64,000 nt of DNA from Heteronotia binoei (lineage: Eukaryota), in the NCBI RefSeq assembly GCF_032191835.1, contig NC_083223.1, positions 226,114,001 to 226,178,000 of the forward strand. The letters run 5' to 3'. Below are positions 11,981 through 24,025 of this stretch, in pieces (position 1 is the stretch's first letter; every line of letters begins with the position of its first letter). A program made the position numbers and the translations under genes. A model generated the notes under the pieces. The model had not been told where the DNA came from, searched no databases, and saw only the letters and a program-made list of their open reading frames with translations.

Positions 11981-14730
11981 ATGAGTGACAGGCAGCAGAA
12001 GAGGGGCCCTGGGGGCAAGGCCAAGGAGAAGACTAGAGGGGTGGAGGGGAGGGGGAGGACCCAGGTCTCCCCCCCACCTGTGCGTAGGGCCACTCCACAG
12101 CCACTTTCCAGCACTCCGACCTCTGGCCAGAGTGTGATGAAGAAGAAGGCCCACCTTGGGCCCTTCATCGAGGCTGCTGCTGGGGTGCCCCCAGCAGAGG
12201 TGCCATTAGGTGCTGGCACTGCGCAGGGGTCTGCTGCTCGGGCAGTCTCTCCTCCAGCTGATGTCGCTCAGCCTAAGCAGCCGGAGGAGGGGCAGCAAGA
12301 GCAGCCCTCCTTGGAGATGAGCTTTGGGGACAGTTTTCTGTCCAAAACGATCACCCCAAGGAGGGTGCAGAGTGTCATGCAGGAGCTGGAGAAGAAGCTG
12401 GTTGAGGAGGACCAGCCCCCTTCTTCGGTTCCTTCGGGCACCAGCAGTCCTTCAGGGGATGGCCAGGAGGGGAGGCCGCATGGGGTGGAGGGGGAAGAGA
12501 TGGAGACACACGAGGTGCCTCCATCTCCGCCCACTTCCCCCCGGCGGCCAGCCCCTCCTGCCACCCCGAGACACAATGTGTCTGCCCTGAGCAGCTCAAA
12601 GGAGGTGGCTCTGGACACCCAACCTGCCAGTCAGTTTGGGCATCCGTTCACCTCCGAAGTATGGAAGCATTTCCAACTTATGGAGGATCCACGCTATGCG
12701 CAGTGCCAGCTGTGCAGGGCCTGGATCAGTCGTGGGCGGGACCCTGCCCACCTGACTCGGGGGGAGATGCGGAATCACCTGCGGAAGCACCACCCAGGGG
12801 TGCTTCTTAAGGGGGAGAAGCAGGCTGGTGCTGTGTTGTCCAAGCGGCCAACAACACCACCCAGCCAGGAGGTCCATCCCATCGCGACTACCTCCACTCT
12901 CCAGGAGTGTTCCATGGGAGAACAGGGACACCAGGCATCTCTGCCTGAGATGTTTGGTAGGGTTGGCACCTCTGTGCCAAGAGGGGGAATCAGGCACGGC
13001 AGGAGGGTGATCACCTGGAACCTTGCCAGGTCGGTCGCCCATGGGCTTCCATTTTCAGTGGTTGAGAATCCTGGGGTGCGAGGGTTGAGGGAGTACCTGG
13101 CGCCCTGGTACAAAGTTCCTGCTAGAACCACCCTTAGCAGGACCATTGTGCCAGCTGTTTTCAGGGCGACCAGATCTGTGGTGAAGGAGCATTTGTCCCG
13201 TGCTGCCGGGGGGACTGTTCATTTCACCTCAGATATCTGGACCTCCCAACATGCATTCGAGGGGTATCTCTCCCTGACTGCACATTGGTGGCAACCCAGA
13301 GAGCTGCAGGGTGGGGGTGGCAGTAGTGACAAGCAGGGTCAGGGCCGCCGGGCCAGCTATCGCTGGGCCTTGCTGCACGCCGAAGCAGTCGACGCGCCGC
13401 ACACGGCGGAGACTCTCAGAGCCATCCTCTCACGGCAGTTAGAGGGCTGGGTAGGCAGCGGGGACGTCGCCAAGGGCTTCGTGGTGACTGGTGGTGGCTC
13501 CAACATCAAGGCGGCTGTCCAGCGTCAGGGCCTAAAACGCCTTCCTTGCGTGTCCCACCTTCTCCACCTCGTGGTTAAGGACGCATTGGGACAGACGAAA
13601 AGCCAGGATCGTCTGTATCTAGCCACGACCCATGAGTACAGACTTCTGCTCCAGAAATGTCGGCACATCACGGGTCACTTCTCACGCAGCAATACGGACT
13701 CGTATCGGCTGCGTGAGAAACAGACACTGATAGGCGTCTGATCGGTGCCGTCAGCACACGCTGGAACTCCACCTGTGCCATGCTGGAGCTCATGGTGGAG
13801 CAGAGAGCAGCCCTGGATGCCTTTGTCTCTGAGACGAGGGTCTTTCGGGATGAGAACCGTCTCACCCAAGAGGATTGGGTGGTCATTTTTCAGACTGTGG
13901 AGGTTCTTGGGCCTTTCAAGACCTACACAGAAATGCTCTCGTCTGACACGGCGAGCATCGCATTGGTCGTCCCCATGGTCCAGATGGCCCGTGAGGACCT
14001 GGCCTCATTTCTAGTGCCAGCTCAAGGCCGTGGAGACGTTCGTACAGTGGTGCGCGCCCTGGTTGTTAGGCTGCAGGAAGGGCTTGAGGCCCGCTTTCAG
14101 ACTTTCACCCAGGATAAGGTCTACATGATGGCGACCATGTTAGACCCGCGCCTTAAGGGCACAGTCGCCGAGCGGGCCAATGAGCTCGATCGCTGGCGAG
14201 ACGAGCTCTCCCAGAAGGTCGAGCGTTCCAGAGTCAGGGGGGGCCCAGTGCCGGTAGTTGAGCAGGAGGGGGGTGGAAGCAGCTCATCTGCGACTTCCGC
14301 TGCTGTTGTTCATCCCCAGCCTCCCCAGCTAGGCAGTGTTTCCCCCCAGACTCACGCCACGAAGAGTGCTGAGGTGACATTCATCGGGCGGGTCGTTGGC
14401 CCCTCTAGGAGCGGTAGGGCACTGAGAGCGAAGACGGGTGCTGCAATGGTGAGGGACTATCTTTTTGAGCCCCTCGAGCCGCAGGAAGCGTCTCTTTTGG
14501 ACTACTGGGTCATGAAGGAGGGGGTCTGGCCGGCCCTCTCCTCCGTGGCCAAGGCGTTCCTCTCCTGCCCACCGACGAGCGTGCAGAGCAAGCGCGTCTT
14601 TTCACATATGGGCGACATTGTCTGCCCACATCGCAACCGCATGCAACCCTGGGCAGTTGAGCAGTTGGTCTTCCTGAAGGTCAACTTGCCAATGTTCGGC
14701 TCCCCGAACATGGATTTTGAGAGTGAATGA
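11981..14730 (+). pseudogene. hAT transposase (ZBED1/4-like), frameshifted near 13735, with catalytic substitutions
   Basis: Contains a BED finger (VWKHF..CQLC..HLRKHH), FTSDIWTS, YLSLTAHW, CVSHLLHLVV, LIGAVSTRWNST (second frame), MATMLDPRLK and the hATC domain (DYW..WPALSSVAKAFLSCPPTSVQSKRVFS). The first in-frame ATG is at 11981. Confidence 0.9.
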
Positions 14731-15399
14731 AGTGAGCACCTACTTGTGCCTGCATCCTCTCTTGGCCCACACTTGGAACGTGGTTGTAAAACGCTCCTCC
14801 AATAAAAATTGACTAGAGTCCAAAGACAGCCCAAAAACTCACTCACAAATTGATTGGCAGTGCATCCCCCCCCCCCATCCCTCCCCAAACCAAAAGTGAA
14901 TGCTGGTTTAAAAACTGCAAAGCGATCCAAATTTCTCCAGTCCTCCATCCACACATACCTAATAATACTGAAAGGGCCATTGCAGCCCCCAACTGTAACC
15001 GACAGCACCCACAGGCCCAGCCAGGATAACCCACCCAGTTTTTTTTCAGGGGCAGGAGGAAGAAAGAGGGAGGTGCCAGTGATGATGACAGGCAGCCAGC
15101 AGCCATACCAATGCTGAGGTCCCTCTAATGGGACAGTGATGCTGGTGTGTTACTGCTGAGCTGAGAGAGAAGGAATGGTTGCCTTCCTCTCACATAATCT
15201 GAGGCCCTCCCAGTGATCTTCCTCATTTGGGGTGCAATTCTGGCTCGCCTCCTCATGGTGCACCCTGGGTAACGCGAAAGAGCCGGGACCAGTCAACCAT
15301 CTATCACTCAAGGTAAGTCAAAATGCTTCTTGCTTTGTGTCAGATACAGAATGATGTGGAGCTAGGTGTGGTGGTCCACCACTTCTCTTGTTTGAGACT

Positions 15400-15690
15400 A
15401 GAGTTGTGTTGTTTGGGGCAGGGCTGGAGAGCTGGCATCTGTAGATTATGTGTTCTGTGGCAGGGAAGCTGGCACCTGGGTGAGAGACCCAGAGCCAGCA
15501 GGCTTGTTGTGGTTGCCCAGCTCTCCCCGTGTTGTTTAGGGCAGGGCTGGAGAGCTGGCATCTGTAGATTGTGTGTTCTTTGGCAGGGAAGCTGGCACCT
15601 GAGTGAGAGACCCAGAGCCAGCAGGCTTGTTGTGGTTGGCCAGCTCTCCCCGTGTTGTTTGGGGCAGGGCTGGAGAGCTGGCATCTGGGT
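15400..15690. repeat. 123-bp tandem repeat (~2.3 copies) inside the hAT
   Basis: gggctggagagctggcatct recurs at 15421, 15544 and 15667. Confidence 0.9.
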
Positions 15691-15869
15691 TTGCTGCAGC
15701 CAGGTCTCTGCAGAGCAGACCTTGAGCAGATTGTGTTTTGTGTGGTAGTGACGTTGGCAACTGGGTTTACATTGGTTCCAGGCCTGCAGGGTTCATAGAG
15801 TAGATAGAGGGATGTAGTGCATTTGGGTCCCATAGAGATTCTCTGGTGTGAAGTTAGGTTTGGCTTTGG

Positions 15870-16820
15870 GTGCCCCAGGAATTGGACCCCCTGGTCCAAT
15901 TTTTTTTTGGCCGTGTGGGTTTTGTGTGGGACAGTGCCCTGAAGCTGCACAGCAGTTTGGGGGGCTCTCCTCAAAACCCCCTGCTCCCCAGAGCCGCTTT
16001 CCCCACGACAATTACAGTGAGGAAGTGGCTCTAATTGGTTTTTTCTCACCATTGGGAGCAGTGTTCCTTTTGGGGTGCCCACAGATGGGTGTCATCTTTT
16101 TGGGCCAGGGGGGTTGCATGCTGGGGAGTCCCCTGAAGCTGCCCTGCAGTTTGGGGCCTCTCCCTCAAACCAGAGCCACTTTCCCCACAGCAATTGTAGT
16201 GGAGGAAGTGGCTAATTGGGCTTTCCCCATCATTGTTGGCAATGGGCCTTTTGGGGAGCCCAAAGACAGGGACCCCTGGCCCAATCTTTTTGGGACTTGG
16301 GGGGTTTGTAGGGGAGAGTCCCCTGCGGGTTTCCTGCAGTTTTTGGGGCTCTCCCTCAAACCCCCTGTCCCCCAGTAGCCTCTAATTATGCCCTATGTTG
16401 CCATTGATTTCAATGGCTCATAGGGTATAATGATGGAATAGGGGTACCCTCTTTGGGTGCCCCTGGAATGGGATCCCCTGGCCCAATCTTTTTGGGACTT
16501 AAAGGGGTTGGAGGGGAGAGTCCCCTGCAGGTCCTCTGCAAATTTGGGGGCTCTCCCTCAAACCCCCTGCCCCCCAGTAGCCTCTAATTATGCCCTATGT
16601 TGCCATTGATTTCAATGGACCATAGGGTATGATCATGGAATAGGGGCACCCTCTTTGGGTGCCCCTGGAATGGGATCCCCTGGCCCAATCTTTTGGGGAC
16701 TTGGGGGGGTTGGAGGTGAGAGTCCCCTGCAGATCTCCTGCAAATTTGGGGGCTCTCCCTCAAACCCCCTCCCCTCCAGGCAGCTTCAAATATACCCTAT
16801 TTGCCTTTGATTTCAATGGC
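15870..16820. repeat. ~190-203-bp tandem repeat (~5 copies) inside the hAT 3' region
   Basis: The ctctccctcaaa motif recurs at ~15965, 16158, 16349, 16551 and 16754. The distal copies are near-identical and the proximal ones diverged. Confidence 0.85.
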
Positions 16821-16991
16821 CCATAGGGTATAATAGGGCCGTATATTCGGAAATAGCCGCGCATCTACCGTATATGCGGCTATTCCGAATGCGGTATTCG
16901 GGAGCATGTGGGGATTCTGAATTCCCCCCCCCCCGTATACTTCCGAATCCGTGCAATACCGAATTTTTTTTTTTTTTTTTGCACATCCCTA

Positions 16992-17114
16992 CCACCTACC
17001 TTACAAGGTGTCTGTTGTGTGTGTGTGTGTGGGGGGAAGGTAAAGGAGATTGTGACCGCTCTGGGACTCTGAGATTCAGAGTATATGGCAGGTTATAAAT
17101 CCAATCTCTTCTTC
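16992..17114 (+). mobile_element. 3' part of the SINE interrupted by the hAT
   Basis: Continues the SINE (ccacctaccttacaaggtgtctgttgtg...gagattgtgaccgctctg...aatccaatctcttcttc). Confidence 0.75.
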
Positions 17115-17310
17115 ATAATACTGGAAGGTATCAGATAAGGACTTTGTTGAGGCTGGATGCTTTTGCAAGAGTCCTGCTCTGCATTTTGAAAAGTCTATAG
17201 CAGAGCAATCAAACTACCCCAATGGCCTTAATTTTTTGAACTGAGAGGGAAAGATCTTCTCAGGTAAACATGAACAACTGCCAGGAGTATGCAAGATTGT
17301 ATGTTTCCAA

Positions 17311-17465
17311 AGGGGACGGCAAAAGATGAGATGGCTGGACAGCGTTACTGATGTAACTAACACGAATTTGAGCAGACTTCAGAGGATGGTGGAAGATAGG
17401 AGGGCCTGGCGTGACTTTGTCCATGGGGTCGCAAAGAGTTGGGCTTGACTGTGCAACTGAACAAA
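17311..17465 (+). mobile_element. BovB LINE extreme 3' fragment with TSD
   Basis: Matches the 3' end of the BovB copy at ~40670-40805. Flanked by the 10-bp direct repeat atgtttccaa (17301-17310 and 17466-17475). Confidence 0.85.
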
Positions 17466-20400
17466 ATGTTTCCAACAGACTAGTGCTATCCCAAATCAGT
17501 GAACTGTGTGTACAAACCCACTGTGTGTACAAACCCAACATTCTCCTTGCACATTGAACGCCTAACTGGTCTAAGCAATGTATTAGCAGAGACACCTATT
17601 ATAGGTGCACCCTCCCAAGGGTCAGCCCCCCCACTCCCCGGTCCAATCACTTGCCTTACTACAGTATTCTGGTATGAAAACAGAGTTCATGGCAGATGTT
17701 AAAAGACCTTGCTGATCTATTATAAAATACTGGGCATGGAATTTTCCTATTTTTCCTTGAGGGGAGACCATAGGGCCAGATGTCTCTCTCAGCTGTACTT
17801 GCGTCACAAGGTTGTTGTGAAGATAAAATGGTAGACAGGAGAATGAGTCATGCTACCTTAAGCTCCTTGGAACAATGGTAAGATAAAGTTGTGACAGAGG
17901 AAAAAAATTATTATGCTTGAAACTGAGGTTAGGCAATGGAACACCCACTCCCCCACAATTGAATTGCTCCTTATATTTGAAGCTTATTACTAGCCTTTGC
18001 CTGAGGCAAGATGTAAAGATACATCACAGCAGATTTGACTGCTCTTGCGAATGACAAAAAATCAACAAAGAGCACTGTGGTACCTTAAATATTGATTTTA
18101 GCATAAATGTATGGACTTGAAGTCACTGTTGGATGATGGAGACAAGGAAGGTAGTGAATATGCATATGGGAAAGAGGCAGGGATGGGATGCAGGAAAAAA
18201 AATCTTGTTTTGCAAAATGATAGAAAATTTAAATCAAGTGCACTGAACTTTGAAATCAGAATAATTTGTTCTATTGCTTACAGTTTGCTTTTAAAAGCTC
18301 AGTGATATCAGGAATGTCTCCCAAGGCTTATCTCCACCTTTGCTTTACTCTTTTTAAAAACAGAGAAAAGATTTGAAGCATACCACCAACTATGATGAAT
18401 CATCATAGATTCCCCCCCCCCCTTCATTTTCCTTAAATGACAGAACAGGGCCATTGTTCTACATCTATCTCGCTGTTGCAAGAACAAAGGTGAATATCAT
18501 TATCAAGCCCTTCAGTACTTAACAGAATAAAAAGGTCCCTCGTTTAGCATGACCCTACTATATATCGTATGCAATAACAAGTAGGAAAACAGCAGAATAA
18601 AGCCTTCACATGAAGCCCAAGAGGAATCCATCTTCTATTTTCCCCACTTTGGTGGGAATGATGGACACAGAAATCAGTCTCTGGTGATGCCATGCCCATC
18701 CCCCCTTCCTTCCAAACACAGCAAGAATCCATGATGGTTACCCATCCTGGCTCCCTATCGTCTGTGAGTTGTGAGGAGTCACAGAGCATGACATCAGCTC
18801 AGCAGAGCAGGCTTATGCCTGTGTCCTGATTGTGTGTCGGTGGAGCTGTGTTGGGAGGGCTTTTATTTTATCAAATTTATATCCTGCCCTCCCCTAAAGG
18901 GCTCAGGGCAGCTGATCCCTAAGCACTAAGGGTAAACTAGTCTGTCATGGCTTTGCTTCCTTGCACTGACTTATGTCTGAACAACCTGAAATACAATCAG
19001 AGCCATTTTTGAATAAGCCAAGAATCAGCCATCAAGTAATTACAACATACTAGACAACCCCTGACAGATCAAATACTACACATGGCTGGCTCTTCCTCAA
19101 AAGATATTTCCTGGTCTTGTGTTATTACTGTGTTCCTATTAGCCAGGTACCACCGAGTGTTCCTTGTTTCCTCTTAATTTATATTGCAGAGCAGGAAATC
19201 TTAATACTCTGGTTTTGTATTAGATTGCAATCTTGCTAGATAAGGATCATGATGATGAAGCTCTAGTCATACTTCATATATACTAACAGCCTCAGATTGG
19301 GATGCAGTAGCTGTGTTAGACATAACACAAAACAGTCTTTTGGTACCTAAAAGACAAGCAGGCTTATTGTGGTATCATCTTTTGTCCACATCATCCAGTG
19401 TACTAAGTCTGACAAGTCTCTTCACAGACAGTCAATATAACCCTAACATGTTTATACTTTAGTAAGCTCCAATGGATTTAAATAGGGCTTATTTCTTAGC
19501 ATACACATGGGAACATAGCAGGGTCAACAGGTTACGAAATGCAATCGCTAGAGTCTGTGATATTTCTACATAGAGCTCAAACATATGCATGGGAGACTAG
19601 ATGAATTCTACAGAGTGCTAAAGTTGTGAACATGGATCTCCTTTTCCGGATTGCAGCAGACTGTCTATGTAAGTACCACATACATGACTGGCATAAAAAT
19701 AATACAATTAAACACTAGTCTTTATACTAAAACCCTACTAATCTGACTTTCTTCTCTCGCTTAGAATCTTCAGCTTCATTGTTTCTACTGTAGAACCAGC
19801 TATAACCAAATGAAGTCTCCCTTCCTTTACTCAGCTCTGATAAACCAGCTGGTAAAGAATAGGAGAAGCCTTGAGAAATGCCTTGTTATCTCTTATCCTT
19901 TGTTCCAAACTTCCTGATTGAGTTATCTCATTTTTATTTTTTAAATAATTAGTAGATCATTTGCCATTTTACTGCCCTCAGGAACTTCTTTCATAGTTTC
20001 AAGATCTGTTGATTGTTAACATCAATCAGTGCAGGACATTTTATATACCATGTCGATCACTTTGCAACATCCTGTTAAATATGTTTATACCTGCGCAGGT
20101 CCCACTGAATTCAAACAGGGCTTTCTTTCTGATGACTGATAACTACATGAGCACAAGTTCTTGTGTAGTACAATGGAGAATGGTTGATGTTGCAACCAAA
20201 TGCTAGAGTATACAAGATGTGTGAGTTGTGGTGGGACCAAGGGCAGTTTCTGCTGTGGGGTTCTACCTCCCTTGGCAGGCACAGGATGCTCCAATAACAA
20301 TAATCTCCATGGCTAGCCTAGCACTGTCACTACAATGGAATTTACTAACATTATACTGATATTCAGCACATGGCAGCTACTGTGAATGAAAAATTCTGCT

Positions 20401-21064
20401 TGGTGTAAAATCAAAAACATGTATAATGGACAGTGCTGAGCTTGGAATACCCAGACAACCATAAAACTCACTGGGTGGTCTTGGAGAAATCTTTGTTTCC
20501 CTGAGCCTGAGTTACTTTACAGGACTGTGGTAAGGACAGCTGTATGTATGCTACCATATGGAAAGGCAAGATAAACATGTGGTAATTAAAGAAATAAAAT
20601 GCCACCTGTGTAATAACATGCTGTAGAACTAATAGTTCATCTCCATGCTTCAATCCAAGCACCACAAATAGAAACTAATTTTTATTGACAAATTGTGTTT
20701 TGAATGTCCAGTATACATTTACACACAATCCTTCAATAGACAAGTCAATGACAATCCAATACAGTACAAAGTTTTGCCATTTGATTAATTTCCAAAGTCA
20801 AGTTTGTGCTTATAACAAGCAAAATCTATTGTACACCAAAAAGACAGCTACAATAGCCTGCAGAAGAGACAAGATGAAGTACTTCATTAAAAATACATGG
20901 CAGAATGAGATCAGATCATTAGACAGTTGGACAACCTGCAGGCGTTTCCTTTTTCCACACACGTTCTCTGTGCAGTGCATGATTAGAGCCATGGTGCAAA
21001 GCATTAATGGGGTCAGGCTGTAACTCAGTGCTGTCTGGTCTGCTTTGCATACAGAAAGTCCCAG

Positions 21065-21273
21065 CAGGGATCAATTAACAAGTAGGCACTGACCTATGGG
21101 CCCCCACATCTTTAGGGGCCCTGGGCCTGTTTGCCTTTTTCTGCCTCCCCCCCACAGGTTTGTCAAAGGAACTTTTGAGAAGGTCCCTGCAGGAGATATT
21201 AGGAGATAATCTGCGAAGGCTCCCTCGAGATTTTGACTGCCTAGGGGCCTCCACAGGGTTTAATCCGGCACTG
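21065..21273. mobile_element. hAT MITE (CAGTGCCGGATTA-type TIR)
   Basis: Right end taatccggcactg. TSD agtcccag (21057-21064) / ggtcccag (21274-21281). Confidence 0.7.
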
Positions 21274-21460
21274 GGTCCCAGGCTCAATGTTCAGCATCTC
21301 CAGTTAAAAGGACCAAAAGAAGATGATGTGAAAGACCTCTACCCAAGATACTGGACAGCCACTACCAGTCAGAGCAGACAATACTGACCCTGACAGACCA
21401 ATAGCTGGACTAACTGTAAGGGAGTGTCATGATTTCAAAGCATATCATGCCCTGCTTTCT

Positions 21461-21697
21461 GAGTCAGCGTGGTGTAGTGGTTAATAGTGGTGGACTCTAA
21501 TATGGAAAATTGAGTTTGATTGATTGTATGCTTCCACATGAAGCCTGATGAGTGACTTTGGGCCAGTCACAGCTTTCTCCCAGCCGTACCTACCTCACAA
21601 AGGTACCTGGTGTGAGGAGGGAAAGGCAACTGTAAGCTGGTCTGAGACTCCTTATGGTAGAAAAAAGCAGGGTATAAAAAAATAACTCCTCTTCTTA
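21461..21697 (+). mobile_element. tRNA-derived SINE
   Basis: gtggtgtagtggttaa head, ctttgggccagtcac...cctacctcacaaagg core and cttctt tail. Related to the SINE at 9681. Confidence 0.7.
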
Positions 21698-23894
21698 TCT
21701 TGAAAAAGTCCAGGTTTCTGTAATCCTTGCTTAATGCAATGATGATACAATCATTTATTTAAAGGAAGACAATGCCCCTATGGTGGTACTCCAAAAACAC
21801 CATTTCAAATGAAGTTCTTCTTGACAGCCCAAGCAGCCTTGTAAACATATAAATTCTCTATAAAATTCACATCTGCATAACAATTAGGATTCACAGATTA
21901 ACAAAAAATTCACATTTTTCTAGTGATATTAACAAGCTACTTCTGACTATTCAGAAGAGTACAGTACACAATATGTTTACCCTTTAAAAAGCAAGGTGCT
22001 TTTCTATGTATCAATTATCCCATGTGGTCAATCCAGTATGGGGCCATTTTTGTGCAGGGTATATTCTAAAGCTGCAAGAATACATGAAGAAGGCATGGTA
22101 GCTGGGTATTTGGGGGTTTGTTAAATTTTCATTAATCCTCACAAGCATTTTCCAAGTTGGTTGGGTAGTACACTCCACAAAACAAACTTTGCCATGTCCC
22201 AAAGTCACACAAATCTAGGGTTGATCTTAGCTTTTGTTGTACTTTGATCCTCTTGACATTTCATTCTAAAAAAAATACTGCTCAAGCAATTTAACTAAAA
22301 GTATTAACCTCCACAACTTCAGCAAAAGGAAAAAAGTTCACTGTGCCAACAATTTGGGAAATTAGGCATGTAGTGTTGAATCATACATATGAAACATATA
22401 AATCATAATGATTATTAGAGGCAGAAGTGGACTCCATCTCCTTACCTAGACAACTCAGTATTAATCAGGATAGCCTGGCCATAGTTATTTTGCTTACGAC
22501 CTTAAAACCATGGCCAGTACCTGTTGTGTTGAATTATGTTCTGAGCCAGGCCTAAACAGAAATGTATCCCCTTTTAGAGCTCTATTCTTTTGACATTTTG
22601 AATGGGATGCAAATGGGCCAACCCACTTAAAACTCTCTGATTCTGTGGTTATCACAGACAGCCTTCCAAACCCCAGAGATTTCGAACATAATCATAGGAT
22701 TCTGACAGTGTTCAGAAGCCACTGACACTTTAGGATATCTGACTGAGTTAATTTTTTTTGTACCAGAGGAGCTAAATTTATAGAAATTTACATTTATGGG
22801 GTTTTCTGCAAGACTTGCATGCTGATTTCCTGTGTCTATTAATGGTCTAGCCATCACCATCCACAGGAACAACTGAAATCAGACTTAACCATTTGTGGTT
22901 TTAAGTTCAAGCCTGCATACTGCCTCTAAAATAACCTAGAGCCCCACAGTGCAATCCTAAACATGTATAAGCAGAAATAAAGCTTACTCCTTGTAAATGT
23001 GTTTAGAATTGCAGCCCCAATCATTATAGCATACAAGGAACAGGAAATTTGACTTTCAAAGGTAATCTCAATATTTATCGTAAAAATCTGACCAAGCAAA
23101 ACAGTGCACTTATCAACACATAAACCCCTATACAAAATAGGCTAGTTTGTACAACTGAGAGATTCATGAAACCACTTAACTGCTAATAATATGCAATATT
23201 AAAATCAAACATGGCGTGGGTGACTGACGCTAGTTCAGTATTTAGCAGCAAGAGGAGAGAACATCAGAAACCTAAGTGCTTTTCTCATGGAAGGCAAGTT
23301 GGAAGAAATGAATTCTCATTATCTATTACAGAATGTCCACATTCAACTAGGCTGCCCAAGATTTTGGTTTCAGCTGCCACTGCCTACTCTTTTACAAAAG
23401 AGTCACCAGTTTTGAGTGACACTTTTAAAAAGTAGCATGATCCAAGTCACCAGAATCAAGGCACATGTGTTTCTCGATGAAAGAAGAAGTCCCACAAGTC
23501 TTATATAGTCTGGGAGCAGAAGCTAAGAAACTGGCAACATCTGAAAAGAGAAGAAGATACAGAAGCACACAGGAAAGTAAATGGAAGGGGAAAGTATAAC
23601 AGAACTAAATAATACAGAGGTCCCACTACAACAGCAAGAGCCATGGTTAAGTTACCATGTTCCTCAGGAGTGCATTTTTTCCCTCAGACATGAAGCCATA
23701 GTTGTCTTCAAAAAGCTGGGTTTTCTAAGGTGAAATAATCTTGGAGAAGACAGAAGTCAGAGATGCAGGTGTGAGGACAATCTAGGGACAGAAGACACCA
23801 CAGCAGGTTCACAGTCAAGGCAAACCTGAAAGGGTGGAGGGGGCTCAGCTGCAACTTACTGAGACAGGCAAGAGAATATTCAAGGAAAGAGATG

Positions 23895-24025
23895 TGCAGA
23901 GGTGGTTTGCCATTGCTTGTGTCTGTGTAATGACCCTGGACTTCCTTGGTGGTCTCCCATCCAAATACTAAACAGGGCCGACCCTGCTTAGCTTCTGAGA
24001 TCGGGTTAGCCTGGGCTATCCGGAT
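23895..24025 (-). mobile_element. 5S rRNA-derived SINE (SINE3-like)
   Basis: The reverse complement contains gatctcagaagctaagcagggtcggccctgtttagtatttggatgggagacc (5S internal control region), followed by a non-5S body (gcaatggcaaaccacctctg). Confidence 0.8.

Larger units (their letters stand above)
9850..16991 (+). mobile_element. full-length hAT (Ac-like) DNA transposon, 7142 bp
   Basis: 11-bp TIRs TAGGGGTGTGC / GCACATCCCTA (1 mismatch). 8-bp TSD tcacctac (9842-9849) / ccacctac (16992-16999). Has an internal BED-finger transposase and CpG-rich subterminal motif arrays, and interrupts a SINE. Confidence 0.93.

Noticed and set aside
12268-13146. Several antisense and alternative-frame ORFs over the transposase
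   Set aside because: They are shadow ORFs of a GC-rich coding sequence with no recognisable motifs.
15318-16378. 254-, 141-, 114- and 176-aa ORFs with repeated peptides
   Set aside because: They are by-products of the 123-bp and ~200-bp tandem repeats in GC-rich transposon DNA.
15400-16820. Repeat arrays as a possible CRISPR array
   Set aside because: The units are contiguous tandem copies without unique spacers, there are no cas genes, and the context is vertebrate.
19480-19720. Possible extra exon or gene between ENTPD6 and PYGB
   Set aside because: An acceptor-like motif is present, but all frames close quickly and no protein similarity was recognised.
23895-24025. 5S rRNA gene (also ~32630-32710)
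   Set aside because: The 5S similarity is partial and diverged and is fused to a SINE body, so these are SINE3-type retroposons.
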